Virus record (IMG/VR): IMGVR_UViG_3300027906_000079
Location: 1-31,628 of that record
DNA length: 31,628 nucleotides
Origin: a virus
Taxonomy: Duplodnaviria; Caudoviricetes
Strand: one strand, 5' to 3'
The position numbers and the translations under genes were made by a program. Shown here piece after piece: positions 14,797 to 25,125 of the stretch. Every line of letters begins with the position of its first letter. Position 1 is the stretch's first letter. The notes below the pieces were generated by a model, which ran no database searches, was not told the origin of the DNA, and saw only the letters and a program-made list of their open reading frames with translations.

Positions 14797-17700
14797 TAGA
14801 TAATATTCCTCTGGGTTTTTCGTATGGTTTTTTCGCTTGGTGATAATAACGCTGACTCATTCTTTGTCAATCCCGTAGTCGGATTAACAGCGTTAGAAGA
14901 GGCTGCGACAGTTTGTACAGGAACCTCTGCAGTTTGAGTGTCTGGTACATATGGTTCTAAAGGCTCAACTTCTGGTGTTACGGGAGCTTGCTCACCAAAT
15001 AAATTAATACCACTACCTCCTGTGTTTTGTTCTATAGGTGGTCTGTCTGGATCTAAGAAATCAATAAACTTTTTGTCTTCATATTCATAAATAACCATAT
15101 CCAAATCAGTTTCTGGGAATAGATCGTTGTAGTTTAATCTAATACCTTTCTTTGCATATTCTTTAATCAAATCATTTGCTCTTTTTTCTAAACCAGCTGC
15201 ACTATAAGAAACAGGAGTGAAGTAACCATCTAATAAGTTATCTAAGTTAGGAACATTACGACCATCTGGACCTAGTACCGTTTCAATTTGATCTCTTGTT
15301 AATAGACCACTGTTTAATGATTTCTGGAACATCTTCCAAATACCAAACTGAGCTACAAAAGCTTCATCCTGGATGTCTCTGAACTCGTTAGCCATTACGT
15401 GACCTGTCTTTCTACCATCACTATTTAATATCGGTCCGCGTTCCAATGCATTCTCCTTACTAAAGAAGTGTTCTGTTTGATATGCGGCTGATCTAATTTC
15501 TCTGATATCAAGTGCTTTATAATCCAATGCAGTAACAGGATCGACATTCATAATGGAACCACCCATCAATCTAATTAGAACGTCTCCAAGTTCCATTACT
15601 CTACCACCCTTAGTGTCTAAATTTAAAGCACCCATAACTTGACCAGCTGATCTTACAAATCCTGGTGCTATTGTCTCTAGTGTATGATAAATAGCTTTCT
15701 CTCTCTTATCTGACGGAGAATCTAATTCACTGAATATTTTTCTACCATCTCTAGTCACACCATTACGTGCATATATATCTAAGATAGGCTCTAATGCGAT
15801 TGTCTCTCCTATAAATGGATCAATAAGTTTATACCAAGGTCCAGCAGCATCAAAGAAACGTCTATCTAGTTCTGAATCAACTTGTGCTGGGTCTAGCCTT
15901 GTAGAATTTAATTGTCTAAGGAAAGATTCAATCGGCCCTGTTAGGTAGTTGTATGGATTATATGTTGAGGCATCAAATACTTTAAAGGTACCATCTTTAT
16001 TTTGTTTTGAAATTGGGATTAACACATGGTCTTCTAAGAAGGATGGTCCTAAATCATCCTGGTAAGCTCTAAGCTTATCTTCTTGTATGCCTGTAAACTT
16101 ACTAGCTAGTTTTTGAGCACCGTGATTGAAACCATAAAGCGTTGTAAATTGTCCCATCAATGCTCTATACCCCATTGCCTGTAGTCCTGGATTACCTGAA
16201 CCAATCATCTTCATTGATGATGCAGTTGTAGCTAGAGTAGTACGAATCATTTCCGCAGGGAAAGATATAAAGTTACCTATAGGTAGCTTTCTTAATGCTT
16301 GTATTGCAGGTGGAACACGACTGTATGTAGGATAAGTTTCTCTTAATAAATGTGCTCCCATTTCTTCAATGCCTTCAGACAGCGTTTTTGGAACACCTGC
16401 TGATGACATAGGATCCCATTTACGACCAACTTGTGTTTCAAAGAAACGATGTACGTCGTCTAAGCTTTTAGTAAATTGTTTTAACTCTGACATGTAGAAC
16501 TCGTGACCGTATGCTTTCCACACGTTATCACCACCAGCATATAAACGTTGTACTGTTTGTGTTATTTTACTATCACCAACTCTTTGCGTAAATTTATTAA
16601 AGTCACTGATAACTGGTTTCCCATCCTTACCTATAACACTTTTTAAATCCCTAAGAACTCCACCAAGTTCTTGGGCAACAACGTTCTCGTCTAATACACC
16701 TAACTCAATTTTTCTTTCAATCCATTTAATTAAAGAACTTTGATCTACACCTGGTCCTGAACCAAAGATGTCATCTAACATCATTTTAAAGCTTTGTGTA
16801 ACGCTAGTATTACCACCAATATGTCCTACGTTCATAGCAAACAAACCAGCAGAACCAAAGTTACGCATTTGGGTAGCAGGAGAGTAGAGAGTCTTACCTC
16901 CTTGAACCATTGATTTAAAGGCTAATAAGTTTTGATAGAATTTATATTTTAATGCTGAATCAAATATACTGTAACCAGATAATTGCTTAATCATTTCTGG
17001 AGAACCAAATAAACCAAGGATGTCTGATGGTAAGAATCCTGCTCCTTTTATATCTCCTAATGGAACAGCGTTGTAAAGTTTTCCTTTTGTCAAAGCTTCT
17101 TCAGCTGTATTAAATAACCAACCACTTTCTAGTCCCATTTTTGCCAGTCTATCTAAAGCTATTTTTTGTTGTGTACTAGAAATAATATTACCTGTTGTTT
17201 GCATAAGAGCATTTTTTAGATTTTTTTCTTCTCCCATTAATTTTCTAATGACGGCTGGTAATTCCTGACCAGTGTATATTTCCATAGGATCAACTACACC
17301 TTTTACACCTGATGACTCTAATCGTTCTGCTATTCTCTTGAAAGCTCTTATAGGATCTTCCATTTCATATCTTGCAATATGCATAAGATCCCCTACTTTT
17401 AATTCAGCCAAACTTCTTAAAGCTTCATCTACACTCTTGGCTCTAGGAAAAGCAATACGAGCTTCATCTATCATTCTTGAATCTTGTTTTAAAAACTTAT
17501 AGACATAATCCGAAGCTGCTTTTACAGCCTCTGCACCAGGTCTAAAATTAGAATTTGTAAACGTTGCAAAAGAACGACGCATGATATTGTTAATATCTTC
17601 TGTCAACATTCTCTTTAAAGGGTCTGTATTAGGTAATAAATCTTTAAACTCCTTTGTAAGTTTGTTCACATAACTTTTTAATTCTACAGCTGATTCACGT

Positions 17701-20700
17701 AATGCAGGGTCTAAGTCTTTAAATTTTTTATTACCTTGCATAAAATCCAACACATCATCTAAGTATTGTTTTTGTATGGTATCAAACTGACCCCATTTTT
17801 TATGTTGTTCTTCAAAACGTTTTGCTAGCGTATATGTTATCTGTTCAAGATTAGTATAAAGTTTATCTATTGTTCTAGATTTTGCTTTTATAAATAGATT
17901 AGCTTTATTAGATATACCAAACGCGTCTTTAGTTAATTTACCTATGTCTCTAAACAAAGCCAGTTTGTTATCAATACGTGCAAGGTTAGCATGCAAAGGA
18001 TCAGCACTGTTTAAAGAAAATTTTCTCCATTCTTGAAATGGTGGTAGTCCAGTAGCGTCTCCACCAAATACTTTTGGTATTCCTACTCCTCTTAAAAAAG
18101 TAGAACCTCTATTAATACCTGAGTAGATAGAGTCTCTAAAGAACATAGTATCTTGTGCAGCTAATGCAGCTCTAGCAAAAACATTCTTACCTATAAATGC
18201 AGCAGTTTGTTGTATAGCACTTGCTGTTTTTTCTCCTGTCTTACTAATTACTTTACCTACGGCCGGTATCATTTTTTGTGTATAAGGAACTTTACCTGCT
18301 AAAACATCGGCACCAATTCTTAAAGGAACACCCGCTAATTGTAATGCACCACCAACCACCGATCTGTTGATTCCAGGAATAGTTTTAAATGGAAGTTTTC
18401 CTATGCCTTTTGCTAATCCCCAAATAGGTGGGCCAAGCAAAGGAAATAAACCCCCGATCATCGCTCCGTCAGCCGCGAATCTTAGTCTATTTCTAAAGTT
18501 AGCTTTTACTAATTCATTGCCCGTTAAGTCATCTGTTTGTTCAGGCTTACCTGGAAGTAATGTAGCATCATCAGGAAACATTCTGTTTAATGAATTAAAA
18601 GGACCACCAGCAACGAAATCTGCTCCGGCAAAAATGACAGCACCTGTTCCCATTCTACTTGCAATGTTACTGAATTTTATTAAATTTTGTGCTCCTTTCG
18701 ATTTGTTAGGATCAACAAAACGAGTCATAGTATTAAAGCCTTTTATACGCATTGCCTTTTGTGCTCTAGTTGCTAGCTTTGCAACAAGACCACCAGGAAC
18801 ACCAAACTCTACTAACAGCGACACCATATCACCTACAAAAGTTTCTGGGTCATTGACCTGACGTTTATCATAAAGGTCTCTTAGCTTTTCAGATAAATTA
18901 GTATTACCAAAACTAGCAAGATCAACACCCCCTAGAATTAAATCCATAGTATTAAAAGCTATGTTGGTAACACCAGTATCTAACGCTCTATTAAACTCAT
19001 CGAAACCATCTATATATGCTTGCTCTGGTGGAGTTGAACCAGTTGGTGTTAGAAGAGTACTTAAAGCATTAGGTGCTATTTCTTCAGGGTTTTCTCCTTT
19101 ATTCATTAAATCACTTATAAACGCCTTGAAAACAAACTGCGGCAGCATCTGCTGCCTCAACATATGTCTAACACCTGCATTCTTTGTAATTAACTTATGA
19201 ATAGACTTTAATGGAAACCTAACTGGGCGAGGATCACGTAAAGAATCTGCTATGGCTTTTTGTACAGCCTTGTCATCTAATATTTTCTTTTTAAGTTCTG
19301 CTCTAACACCGTAGGGTAGTTCTCTTATTTCATCTAGAAAGGCCATTTGTCTTTCATCATAAAGAGTTGTAGCTACAGCTCCTTGCATCGACTTAGGAGC
19401 ACTCATTATTTGATCCATGTGTTCCTGATCTCTTATACGTTTCTCCATACTTATATTTAAGTCTTTTAAGTATTCTCCGTATATAGTTTCTCCTTTAAGT
19501 TGATCACCAACAAGTTCCCCGTCCCGCGTTCCGGTGTTATGATATTCTCTAACCGGGCCCCCTGCTTTATAAACACTTCTGTAATGATCCATTGATTTGA
19601 TTTCAGGTATTCTTTCTTCAACAAGACTTTTAAAAGCATCTACACCCGAGCTTCCTGGTGCTTTGGGGTTTATAACCTTACCGTTCACTCCAAATTGAGT
19701 TAAAAATCCATCTGCTACATTAGGCCGCATAGAAATACCCAACTCTTCTGCTTTTGCAATAATAGCTTTAACGTTATCTATTTCTTTTTTTGTTAAAACT
19801 TTTCCATCTAATACTTTACTATTTAACTTTTCTATAAACTCCACAGAAGGTTGTTTAAAGTTTCTATGTAAAGGTTGAAATATTAGTTGTCTATTTGCGG
19901 GAAACTCTATGCCCCCAATATTGCTATGAACTTCTTTAATGTGATCAATTTCAAATAATCTAGAATCAGTCTCTTTACTAAACAAGCTTGCCACATCTAC
20001 GTTTGTATTTATAATAGTACCTGTTTTCGGATCTACTTTTGTGCCTAACACCGACATTAACTCTTTATTATTTAAAATAAGTTTTTGAAATTCTTTATCG
20101 TTTACAGTTAAATCATTTACAAATTTAGCATAGGTTCTTTGTTCTGTTCTAATTGCTCGTTCAGAAGGATGTAAATTTTTAACGTTTGCTTGTATTGTTT
20201 CTCTATATTTTGCTTTGTTTTCTGCCAGACCAGCTGTGTATCTTGCCCAAGCTAAGTCTCCTTCTGGTGTTCCTCTCCCTGCTAGTAAAGCTTGGTATGC
20301 TTTGTCTTTTTTCCTATAACCAACATTTGAATCAATACGCGCCTGTAACATTTCCCTTGCCTGCTCTACAGGGATATCAAGGTCGTCTGCTAATTCCATT
20401 GCTACTTTGTTTTTAGCTAACTGTTGATTTGGTATATGGTAGTTGCTTAAGGTATTAGCACTTGTGCGGGCTGGCAGTATACCTATTGGATCATTCCAAT
20501 TATCGCCATACTGGATTGTTGGGTCATATTTTCTATTAAAAAACATTCCTCTGTACATGTCAGCATAATCATCTACTGGTAACTGATATTTTTGTGTGTA
20601 AGCTTGGTTAATATACCTTTTTATAGAGTCGGATGACATATCACCTTTTCTTGTTTTTAAGCCTAATTCTTTAATAAGCTTAAGGTTTTCATCTCTAGAC

Positions 20701-22229
20701 AAATTCCAATCTATTGCCTCTGACACACGCTTTGCAGCGTCCCCTGCTTCAATCTTAGTAGCAGGACCAAGTGCATCTCCAATACGTCTCGCATCAAACC
20801 CTGTTATCTTAGCTAACTCTGCGTAAGATGCATTAGGATTATCTTCTGCTGCTTTTTTAATTATAGCTATACGCTCTTTCTTAGACACGGCTTTACCAGC
20901 TCCAAGTTCCATTTGTGCTACGTTTGGATTACTATACTGCATGGTTCCACTCTCTGGGTCATATTTTAATTTCATTCTGCTTATTACTGTCTCAGCGTTT
21001 TTAGCTTCAATTGCTTTAATTTGAGCAGTTGTAAGTCCTGCGGATTTTAAATCTGCTATTGAACTTTTTACAAGTTTACCCCCTTTATAAGCAAGGTTTA
21101 TAAGTTGCCCTGCTTTTTTTATTCCACTAATACCAATCAATCCAATACCAGGAACAAATTCTATTCCAAGTTGTGTTAATTGACCTATAGCATATTGGGT
21201 ACTTCTATTAGCTCTAGCGTCTTTTAAAATTCTAACATGATCTGGAAAAAGACCATCCATTAATGTTACTGTACCGTCTTTATTAAATATCTTGTCTTCT
21301 AGCTTTTTAATCTTTGGATCTAAATAACCCTCTAAAGAATAACGTTTTGTCATTGCGTCTTCTGCATCAGGTGAGACTTTGGATGCGTCTTCCCTTAGTT
21401 TAAGTAGTCTTTGATATTCAGCAAAGTCTGGATGATATGCTGCTAGTGTTTTTTCAAACTCTTGGTAATTGCTTTTATCTGCTTCTAGCAGAATTAATCC
21501 GTTATTTGAATCGAATTTTATTGTGCCATCCTCACCAAACGCGCCTGTAATACTTTCAGCAGCACCACTATCCAATGGAATTTGGTTCCCTACTATTGTG
21601 TTGTCCATACCAACAAAACCTAGTCCTACGTTGCCTGCCATGTCTCTTGTGTTATCACCCCAGTATTCCCCAGCGTCTTCCAGATAATTTAAACGAGCTA
21701 TATCATTTGATACATTTCTGGTAAGCCTATATTGGTCAGGGTTTTGTCTAAATCTATGCCATTGTGCGTCAGACGCGTCTTTACTTCCTGTTTTATAAGG
21801 TAAGACTCCATCAGGTCCTTCTATTAAACCTCTTCTTAAAAGTCTATCAAACTTAAATCTATCAGATTGAAGAACATTTAAGGATATAGGAGAGCCTGTA
21901 CTAATGTCTGTTAATATTTCTTTATTAGTTTTATCTTTAAAGGCACCATAACCATACATAGAATTTGTTATAGGATTATCTATTCCAAGAATTTGTTTTG
22001 TTCTATTTATAACAGATATGTCTTCTGGAACACCCCAGTTAGTTAATAAGCCTTCGTTTTCTGCTCTAAGAACTTGATCTGTATAAAACTGGCCAGGGAA
22101 ACGATTACCCATTTCTGACTGATGTACCTGATCCTTTAACTTGTCTTCGTAGGTAGGGCCGTGTATATCCATTCCTTTAGAATAAGGATCTATGTGGGGG
22201 TAGCCTTTTTTAATGTTATCAATACCCAT
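14796..22229 (-). CDS. Very large internal virion/ejection protein (2477 aa), apparently multidomain
   Basis: Size and position as the last gene of the podoviral internal-protein series; mostly helical with Gly-rich hydrophobic hairpins; HNH-like and HTH-like segments in the N-terminal third. Confidence 0.75.
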   Translation of the reverse strand: MGIDNIKKGYPHIDPYSKGMDIHGPTYEDKLKDQVHQSEMGNRFPGQFYTDQVLRAENEGLLTNWGVPEDISVINRTKQILGIDNPITNSMYGYGAFKDKTNKEILTDISTGSPISLNVLQSDRFKFDRLLRRGLIEGPDGVLPYKTGSKDASDAQWHRFRQNPDQYRLTRNVSNDIARLNYLEDAGEYWGDNTRDMAGNVGLGFVGMDNTIVGNQIPLDSGAAESITGAFGEDGTIKFDSNNGLILLEADKSNYQEFEKTLAAYHPDFAEYQRLLKLREDASKVSPDAEDAMTKRYSLEGYLDPKIKKLEDKIFNKDGTVTLMDGLFPDHVRILKDARANRSTQYAIGQLTQLGIEFVPGIGLIGISGIKKAGQLINLAYKGGKLVKSSIADLKSAGLTTAQIKAIEAKNAETVISRMKLKYDPESGTMQYSNPNVAQMELGAGKAVSKKERIAIIKKAAEDNPNASYAELAKITGFDARRIGDALGPATKIEAGDAAKRVSEAIDWNLSRDENLKLIKELGLKTRKGDMSSDSIKRYINQAYTQKYQLPVDDYADMYRGMFFNRKYDPTIQYGDNWNDPIGILPARTSANTLSNYHIPNQQLAKNKVAMELADDLDIPVEQAREMLQARIDSNVGYRKKDKAYQALLAGRGTPEGDLAWARYTAGLAENKAKYRETIQANVKNLHPSERAIRTEQRTYAKFVNDLTVNDKEFQKLILNNKELMSVLGTKVDPKTGTIINTNVDVASLFSKETDSRLFEIDHIKEVHSNIGGIEFPANRQLIFQPLHRNFKQPSVEFIEKLNSKVLDGKVLTKKEIDNVKAIIAKAEELGISMRPNVADGFLTQFGVNGKVINPKAPGSSGVDAFKSLVEERIPEIKSMDHYRSVYKAGGPVREYHNTGTRDGELVGDQLKGETIYGEYLKDLNISMEKRIRDQEHMDQIMSAPKSMQGAVATTLYDERQMAFLDEIRELPYGVRAELKKKILDDKAVQKAIADSLRDPRPVRFPLKSIHKLITKNAGVRHMLRQQMLPQFVFKAFISDLMNKGENPEEIAPNALSTLLTPTGSTPPEQAYIDGFDEFNRALDTGVTNIAFNTMDLILGGVDLASFGNTNLSEKLRDLYDKRQVNDPETFVGDMVSLLVEFGVPGGLVAKLATRAQKAMRIKGFNTMTRFVDPNKSKGAQNLIKFSNIASRMGTGAVIFAGADFVAGGPFNSLNRMFPDDATLLPGKPEQTDDLTGNELVKANFRNRLRFAADGAMIGGLFPLLGPPIWGLAKGIGKLPFKTIPGINRSVVGGALQLAGVPLRIGADVLAGKVPYTQKMIPAVGKVISKTGEKTASAIQQTAAFIGKNVFARAALAAQDTMFFRDSIYSGINRGSTFLRGVGIPKVFGGDATGLPPFQEWRKFSLNSADPLHANLARIDNKLALFRDIGKLTKDAFGISNKANLFIKAKSRTIDKLYTNLEQITYTLAKRFEEQHKKWGQFDTIQKQYLDDVLDFMQGNKKFKDLDPALRESAVELKSYVNKLTKEFKDLLPNTDPLKRMLTEDINNIMRRSFATFTNSNFRPGAEAVKAASDYVYKFLKQDSRMIDEARIAFPRAKSVDEALRSLAELKVGDLMHIARYEMEDPIRAFKRIAERLESSGVKGVVDPMEIYTGQELPAVIRKLMGEEKNLKNALMQTTGNIISSTQQKIALDRLAKMGLESGWLFNTAEEALTKGKLYNAVPLGDIKGAGFLPSDILGLFGSPEMIKQLSGYSIFDSALKYKFYQNLLAFKSMVQGGKTLYSPATQMRNFGSAGLFAMNVGHIGGNTSVTQSFKMMLDDIFGSGPGVDQSSLIKWIERKIELGVLDENVVAQELGGVLRDLKSVIGKDGKPVISDFNKFTQRVGDSKITQTVQRLYAGGDNVWKAYGHEFYMSELKQFTKSLDDVHRFFETQVGRKWDPMSSAGVPKTLSEGIEEMGAHLLRETYPTYSRVPPAIQALRKLPIGNFISFPAEMIRTTLATTASSMKMIGSGNPGLQAMGYRALMGQFTTLYGFNHGAQKLASKFTGIQEDKLRAYQDDLGPSFLEDHVLIPISKQNKDGTFKVFDASTYNPYNYLTGPIESFLRQLNSTRLDPAQVDSELDRRFFDAAGPWYKLIDPFIGETIALEPILDIYARNGVTRDGRKIFSELDSPSDKREKAIYHTLETIAPGFVRSAGQVMGALNLDTKGGRVMELGDVLIRLMGGSIMNVDPVTALDYKALDIREIRSAAYQTEHFFSKENALERGPILNSDGRKTGHVMANEFRDIQDEAFVAQFGIWKMFQKSLNSGLLTRDQIETVLGPDGRNVPNLDNLLDGYFTPVSYSAAGLEKRANDLIKEYAKKGIRLNYNDLFPETDLDMVIYEYEDKKFIDFLDPDRPPIEQNTGGSGINLFGEQAPVTPEVEPLEPYVPDTQTAEVPVQTVAASSNAVNPTTGLTKNESALLSPSEKTIRKTQRNII

Positions 22230-23513
22230 TTAGGCCACCGTTGGTAGTTCTAAATCCGTATTATACTTTTGATTAAATCTTGTTATATCTTGTGGTGTTT
22301 GTAGTTGTGCAAAATCAATCATAGCTTCTTCACTACTTAGTATTAATTTAATAACCATGTCTGACACCTCAGGTGGTAAACGTTTTCTTAGTTCGTCATA
22401 AGTTAAAGACACTGGCTGTTGTGATGATGCCGCTTGCATAATAGGTGGTTGATTTGGATCAGGGTTAGGTCCTGGTTCCATAGGACCAGTTGCATCTACT
22501 CCTTCATCACCCATCATACCTCCAGCATATCTACCAACTCTTCCACCGCGAGCGTTGCTTTCTTTAATTCCTTCTGGAATGTAAATATCTATCAATCCAG
22601 CAGCTTTGAAAGTTCTCATTAAGATAATATCTCTAATCTCAGTTTCTGTTTTATTATAGAACATAGGATCGTGTCCAGATTCTCCTGGAGGTATTGTAGA
22701 AACCGTAACACCAGAAGCGACAGCAGTTCTAATGGCTTTTTGGAAATCAGCATCTTTCATTAAATCAGATTTTTCTGACGCAATTAATCTAGTTGTCTCT
22801 CCAAATATAATACTTTGTAAGATATCTCTTTTCTCTAAGTATTCATCACTGTTGTGTGGTAATAATTTCATTTCTTTTATGAGCGCTTGAGCTCTTTCTT
22901 CTTGTAGCTCTTTTTCTAATTTATATTTATTAGGGAACAGTTCTAATTCTTTTTCTAAAATTTCAATAGCCGCATCTGTTTCCTCTCGAATTATATCTAA
23001 TTGAAGATCTCTATCTAATACAGCTTCTCCTGCTTCGAATGTTTGTTGGTCTTGCTGTAGATCCATTTGGAATTTGTTTGAGTCTTCAGTTATTCTTTGT
23101 TCTATCGCTGTACCTGCTCTTAGTTTATTGTAGTCAGCTAATTCTTTTTCATAAGCTAAGCGACGTGCGTCTGAAGAGCTAGCTAGATCAGTTCCTAAAC
23201 CAGATAAAGCATTCGCAGAATTAGCTAAAGCACCCATAACACCACCTTGATCACTAACAACCGGAGCACCCATAATTTGAGCGCCTGCTGCTGCAATACG
23301 TAAGTAATCAGCTTTAGTCATTCCTTCTGTAGGTTCAGGTTTTGTCATGTATTGATCAATTAAATCAACATAGTTACCTCTCCTAAAACCCTGTCTCTGT
23401 ACAGCACCACCAATTTTATAACTTGGTTTAGCAAAACCAGATACAATTCCACTATCAAGTGCGCCGGCACGGCCACCTTTATTAAACATTGGTCTTTTTA
23501 AGATTCTACTCAT
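22230..23513 (-). CDS. Internal virion protein (427 aa)
   Basis: MSRILKRPMFNKGG N-terminus, recurrent GG motifs, Ala/Gly hairpin, coiled coils; synteny. Confidence 0.65.
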   Translation of the reverse strand: MSRILKRPMFNKGGRAGALDSGIVSGFAKPSYKIGGAVQRQGFRRGNYVDLIDQYMTKPEPTEGMTKADYLRIAAAGAQIMGAPVVSDQGGVMGALANSANALSGLGTDLASSSDARRLAYEKELADYNKLRAGTAIEQRITEDSNKFQMDLQQDQQTFEAGEAVLDRDLQLDIIREETDAAIEILEKELELFPNKYKLEKELQEERAQALIKEMKLLPHNSDEYLEKRDILQSIIFGETTRLIASEKSDLMKDADFQKAIRTAVASGVTVSTIPPGESGHDPMFYNKTETEIRDIILMRTFKAAGLIDIYIPEGIKESNARGGRVGRYAGGMMGDEGVDATGPMEPGPNPDPNQPPIMQAASSQQPVSLTYDELRKRLPPEVSDMVIKLILSSEEAMIDFAQLQTPQDITRFNQKYNTDLELPTVA

Positions 23514-25125
23514 TTTGATTATTGTTACCTCGGAAAGCCCCTAAAATACCACCAAGCCCGATCCCCGCTCCAAGAAGCGTTTGTATAGTAGAAGGATTTG
23601 GTGAAGTTGCATAAGTGGTCGACGATGGAGCTCCATAAGCAGCGCCTAACATCTGACTCATAAAGCCTAAGTTTTGTTGGTTTGCCATTTGCCCTGCTTG
23701 TAAAGCTGCTTGTTGGTTGTCTAAACGAGCTTGGTTTAATGCTGTGTTTTGTTGTCCCATTTGAGTCAGTGTATTGAGTTGGTTTCCAAGACCAGTAAGT
23801 CCGTAATCTCCAAGATCCATTTGTTGTTGTCCAAGTCCAGCATAAATACCCATTTGGTTTTGAACTTGCTCTTGTGCAGACTGAGCCATTGCTAATTGAT
23901 TAGCTCCTTGCAGTCCATATTGTTGCGCAGCGTCGCCGTACAACGCCGCATTCTGTGCTGCCATTGCTTGTTGTGCACTACCTGCTTGTAATTGATTCTG
24001 TGATTGGTTTTGGTATTGACTTCCAAGTTGTCCAAGATTTGCTCCAGCTTGGTTATAGCCTTGAGCAGCTTGATTGTAAGCAGCTTGGTTAGCTGCAGCT
24101 TGTCCCATGTTTGCTTGACCAAGACCCATTTGTTGTTGGTATGCTTGGTTAGCTAATTGGTTAGCTTGTGTAAATCCTTGAGCTAATAAATTACCTTGTA
24201 GCTGTGCACCACCTAAAGCAGCGTCTGCTGCTCTTTGTCCTTCTGCAACCCCGAACCGCGATCCACCGAACGCGTTACCTGCAGAAGCACCTAAAGCTGT
24301 ACTTTGTTCTGCTTGTTGTTGGTTATATGCAGCCATCGTTGCATCAATAACTTGTTGCTGATAAGGCGACATGAATTGTTGATACGCATTCGCACCACTA
24401 TATTGATTAGCTTGGTTAAAGAAAGGCTGACCAGCGTTTTGACCTGCGGCTGCTGCAGCTGCAGCGAGATCGTATTGACCGGTAGCTCTATCATATAAAC
24501 CACGAGCATCCCCAAACTGTGTGTTGGCATTTGCTAAAGCAGCGTCGGCTAAACTTAATTGACCTTGACCAGCGTTTTGACCTGCGGCGGCTGCTGCAGC
24601 CTGTAAGGCTGCTTGCTGCATAGCGTTTGTATATTGACCAGTTGCATTTGCCATATGTGGCTGATAACTAGTTCCGTGTGCATTAAAGAAAGCTTGTCCG
24701 TCGGTTGCGAAATCACTAGCATTTTGTAAATAAGAAGCGTACGAGCCTAGACCACTACTTGGATCAAGAGCTAGACCTTGAGCTAACGCAGTCATAGGGT
24801 CCATTCCTGCAGTGAACCAATTATTAGAAGCGTCCCCCATGTATTGGGTAGGATCAGAATACCAATCTCTATTAGTTAGATCGCCACTAGTATTATCTAA
24901 ATAGGATGTAAAGTCTTCACCTAAACTTTCGACATAACCCGGAGGTAAAGTTCTAGTTGTTGTAGTATTAAAAGAAGGTATACCTGTTTCAGTGATTTCT
25001 CCTGAGCCACCATGTTGTTTTAATAAAAGCGCTTCTTCTTTATTAATATAAGCAAGAAACTCTCCTTTAGGAGCATATTTTTCTAAAAGCTGTTTAGCTC
25101 TTAATATTTCTTGTTGTGTTGACAT
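23506..25125 (-). CDS. Gln/Ala/Gly-rich ejection (DNA pilot/transfer-like) protein
   Basis: FMSPYQQQVID and AFGGSRFGV motifs, long Q/A/N helices, C-terminal hydrophobic LLGAGIGLGGILGAF. Confidence 0.7.
   Translation of the reverse strand: MSTQQEILRAKQLLEKYAPKGEFLAYINKEEALLLKQHGGSGEITETGIPSFNTTTTRTLPPGYVESLGEDFTSYLDNTSGDLTNRDWYSDPTQYMGDASNNWFTAGMDPMTALAQGLALDPSSGLGSYASYLQNASDFATDGQAFFNAHGTSYQPHMANATGQYTNAMQQAALQAAAAAAGQNAGQGQLSLADAALANANTQFGDARGLYDRATGQYDLAAAAAAAGQNAGQPFFNQANQYSGANAYQQFMSPYQQQVIDATMAAYNQQQAEQSTALGASAGNAFGGSRFGVAEGQRAADAALGGAQLQGNLLAQGFTQANQLANQAYQQQMGLGQANMGQAAANQAAYNQAAQGYNQAGANLGQLGSQYQNQSQNQLQAGSAQQAMAAQNAALYGDAAQQYGLQGANQLAMAQSAQEQVQNQMGIYAGLGQQQMDLGDYGLTGLGNQLNTLTQMGQQNTALNQARLDNQQAALQAGQMANQQNLGFMSQMLGAAYGAPSSTTYATSPNPSTIQTLLGAGIGLGGILGAFRGNNNQNE
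24428..24588. repeat. 23-bp direct repeat within the pilot-like gene
   Basis: tgaccagcgttttgacctgcggc at 24428-24450 and 24566-24588 (138-bp period), encoding AAGQNAGQ twice. Confidence 0.9.

Noticed and set aside
22227-22232. In-frame TAA-ATG junction that could fuse the 427-aa and 2477-aa proteins by readthrough (similar TAG-ATG at 30975-30980)
   Set aside because: SD-like sequences (GGTGG; AGGAG) precede the downstream ATGs, so ordinary translational coupling explains both; there is no sign of stop-codon reassignment.
23892-24530. Alternate-frame minus-strand ORFs 23892-24122 and 24291-24530
   Set aside because: They are by-products of the biased Gln/Ala codon composition of the host gene; no independent evidence of translation.
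24428-24600. Direct repeats as a CRISPR array or DGR template/variable pair
   Set aside because: There are only two copies, in frame within a coding region, with no spacers, adenine-specific mismatches, cas or RT genes.
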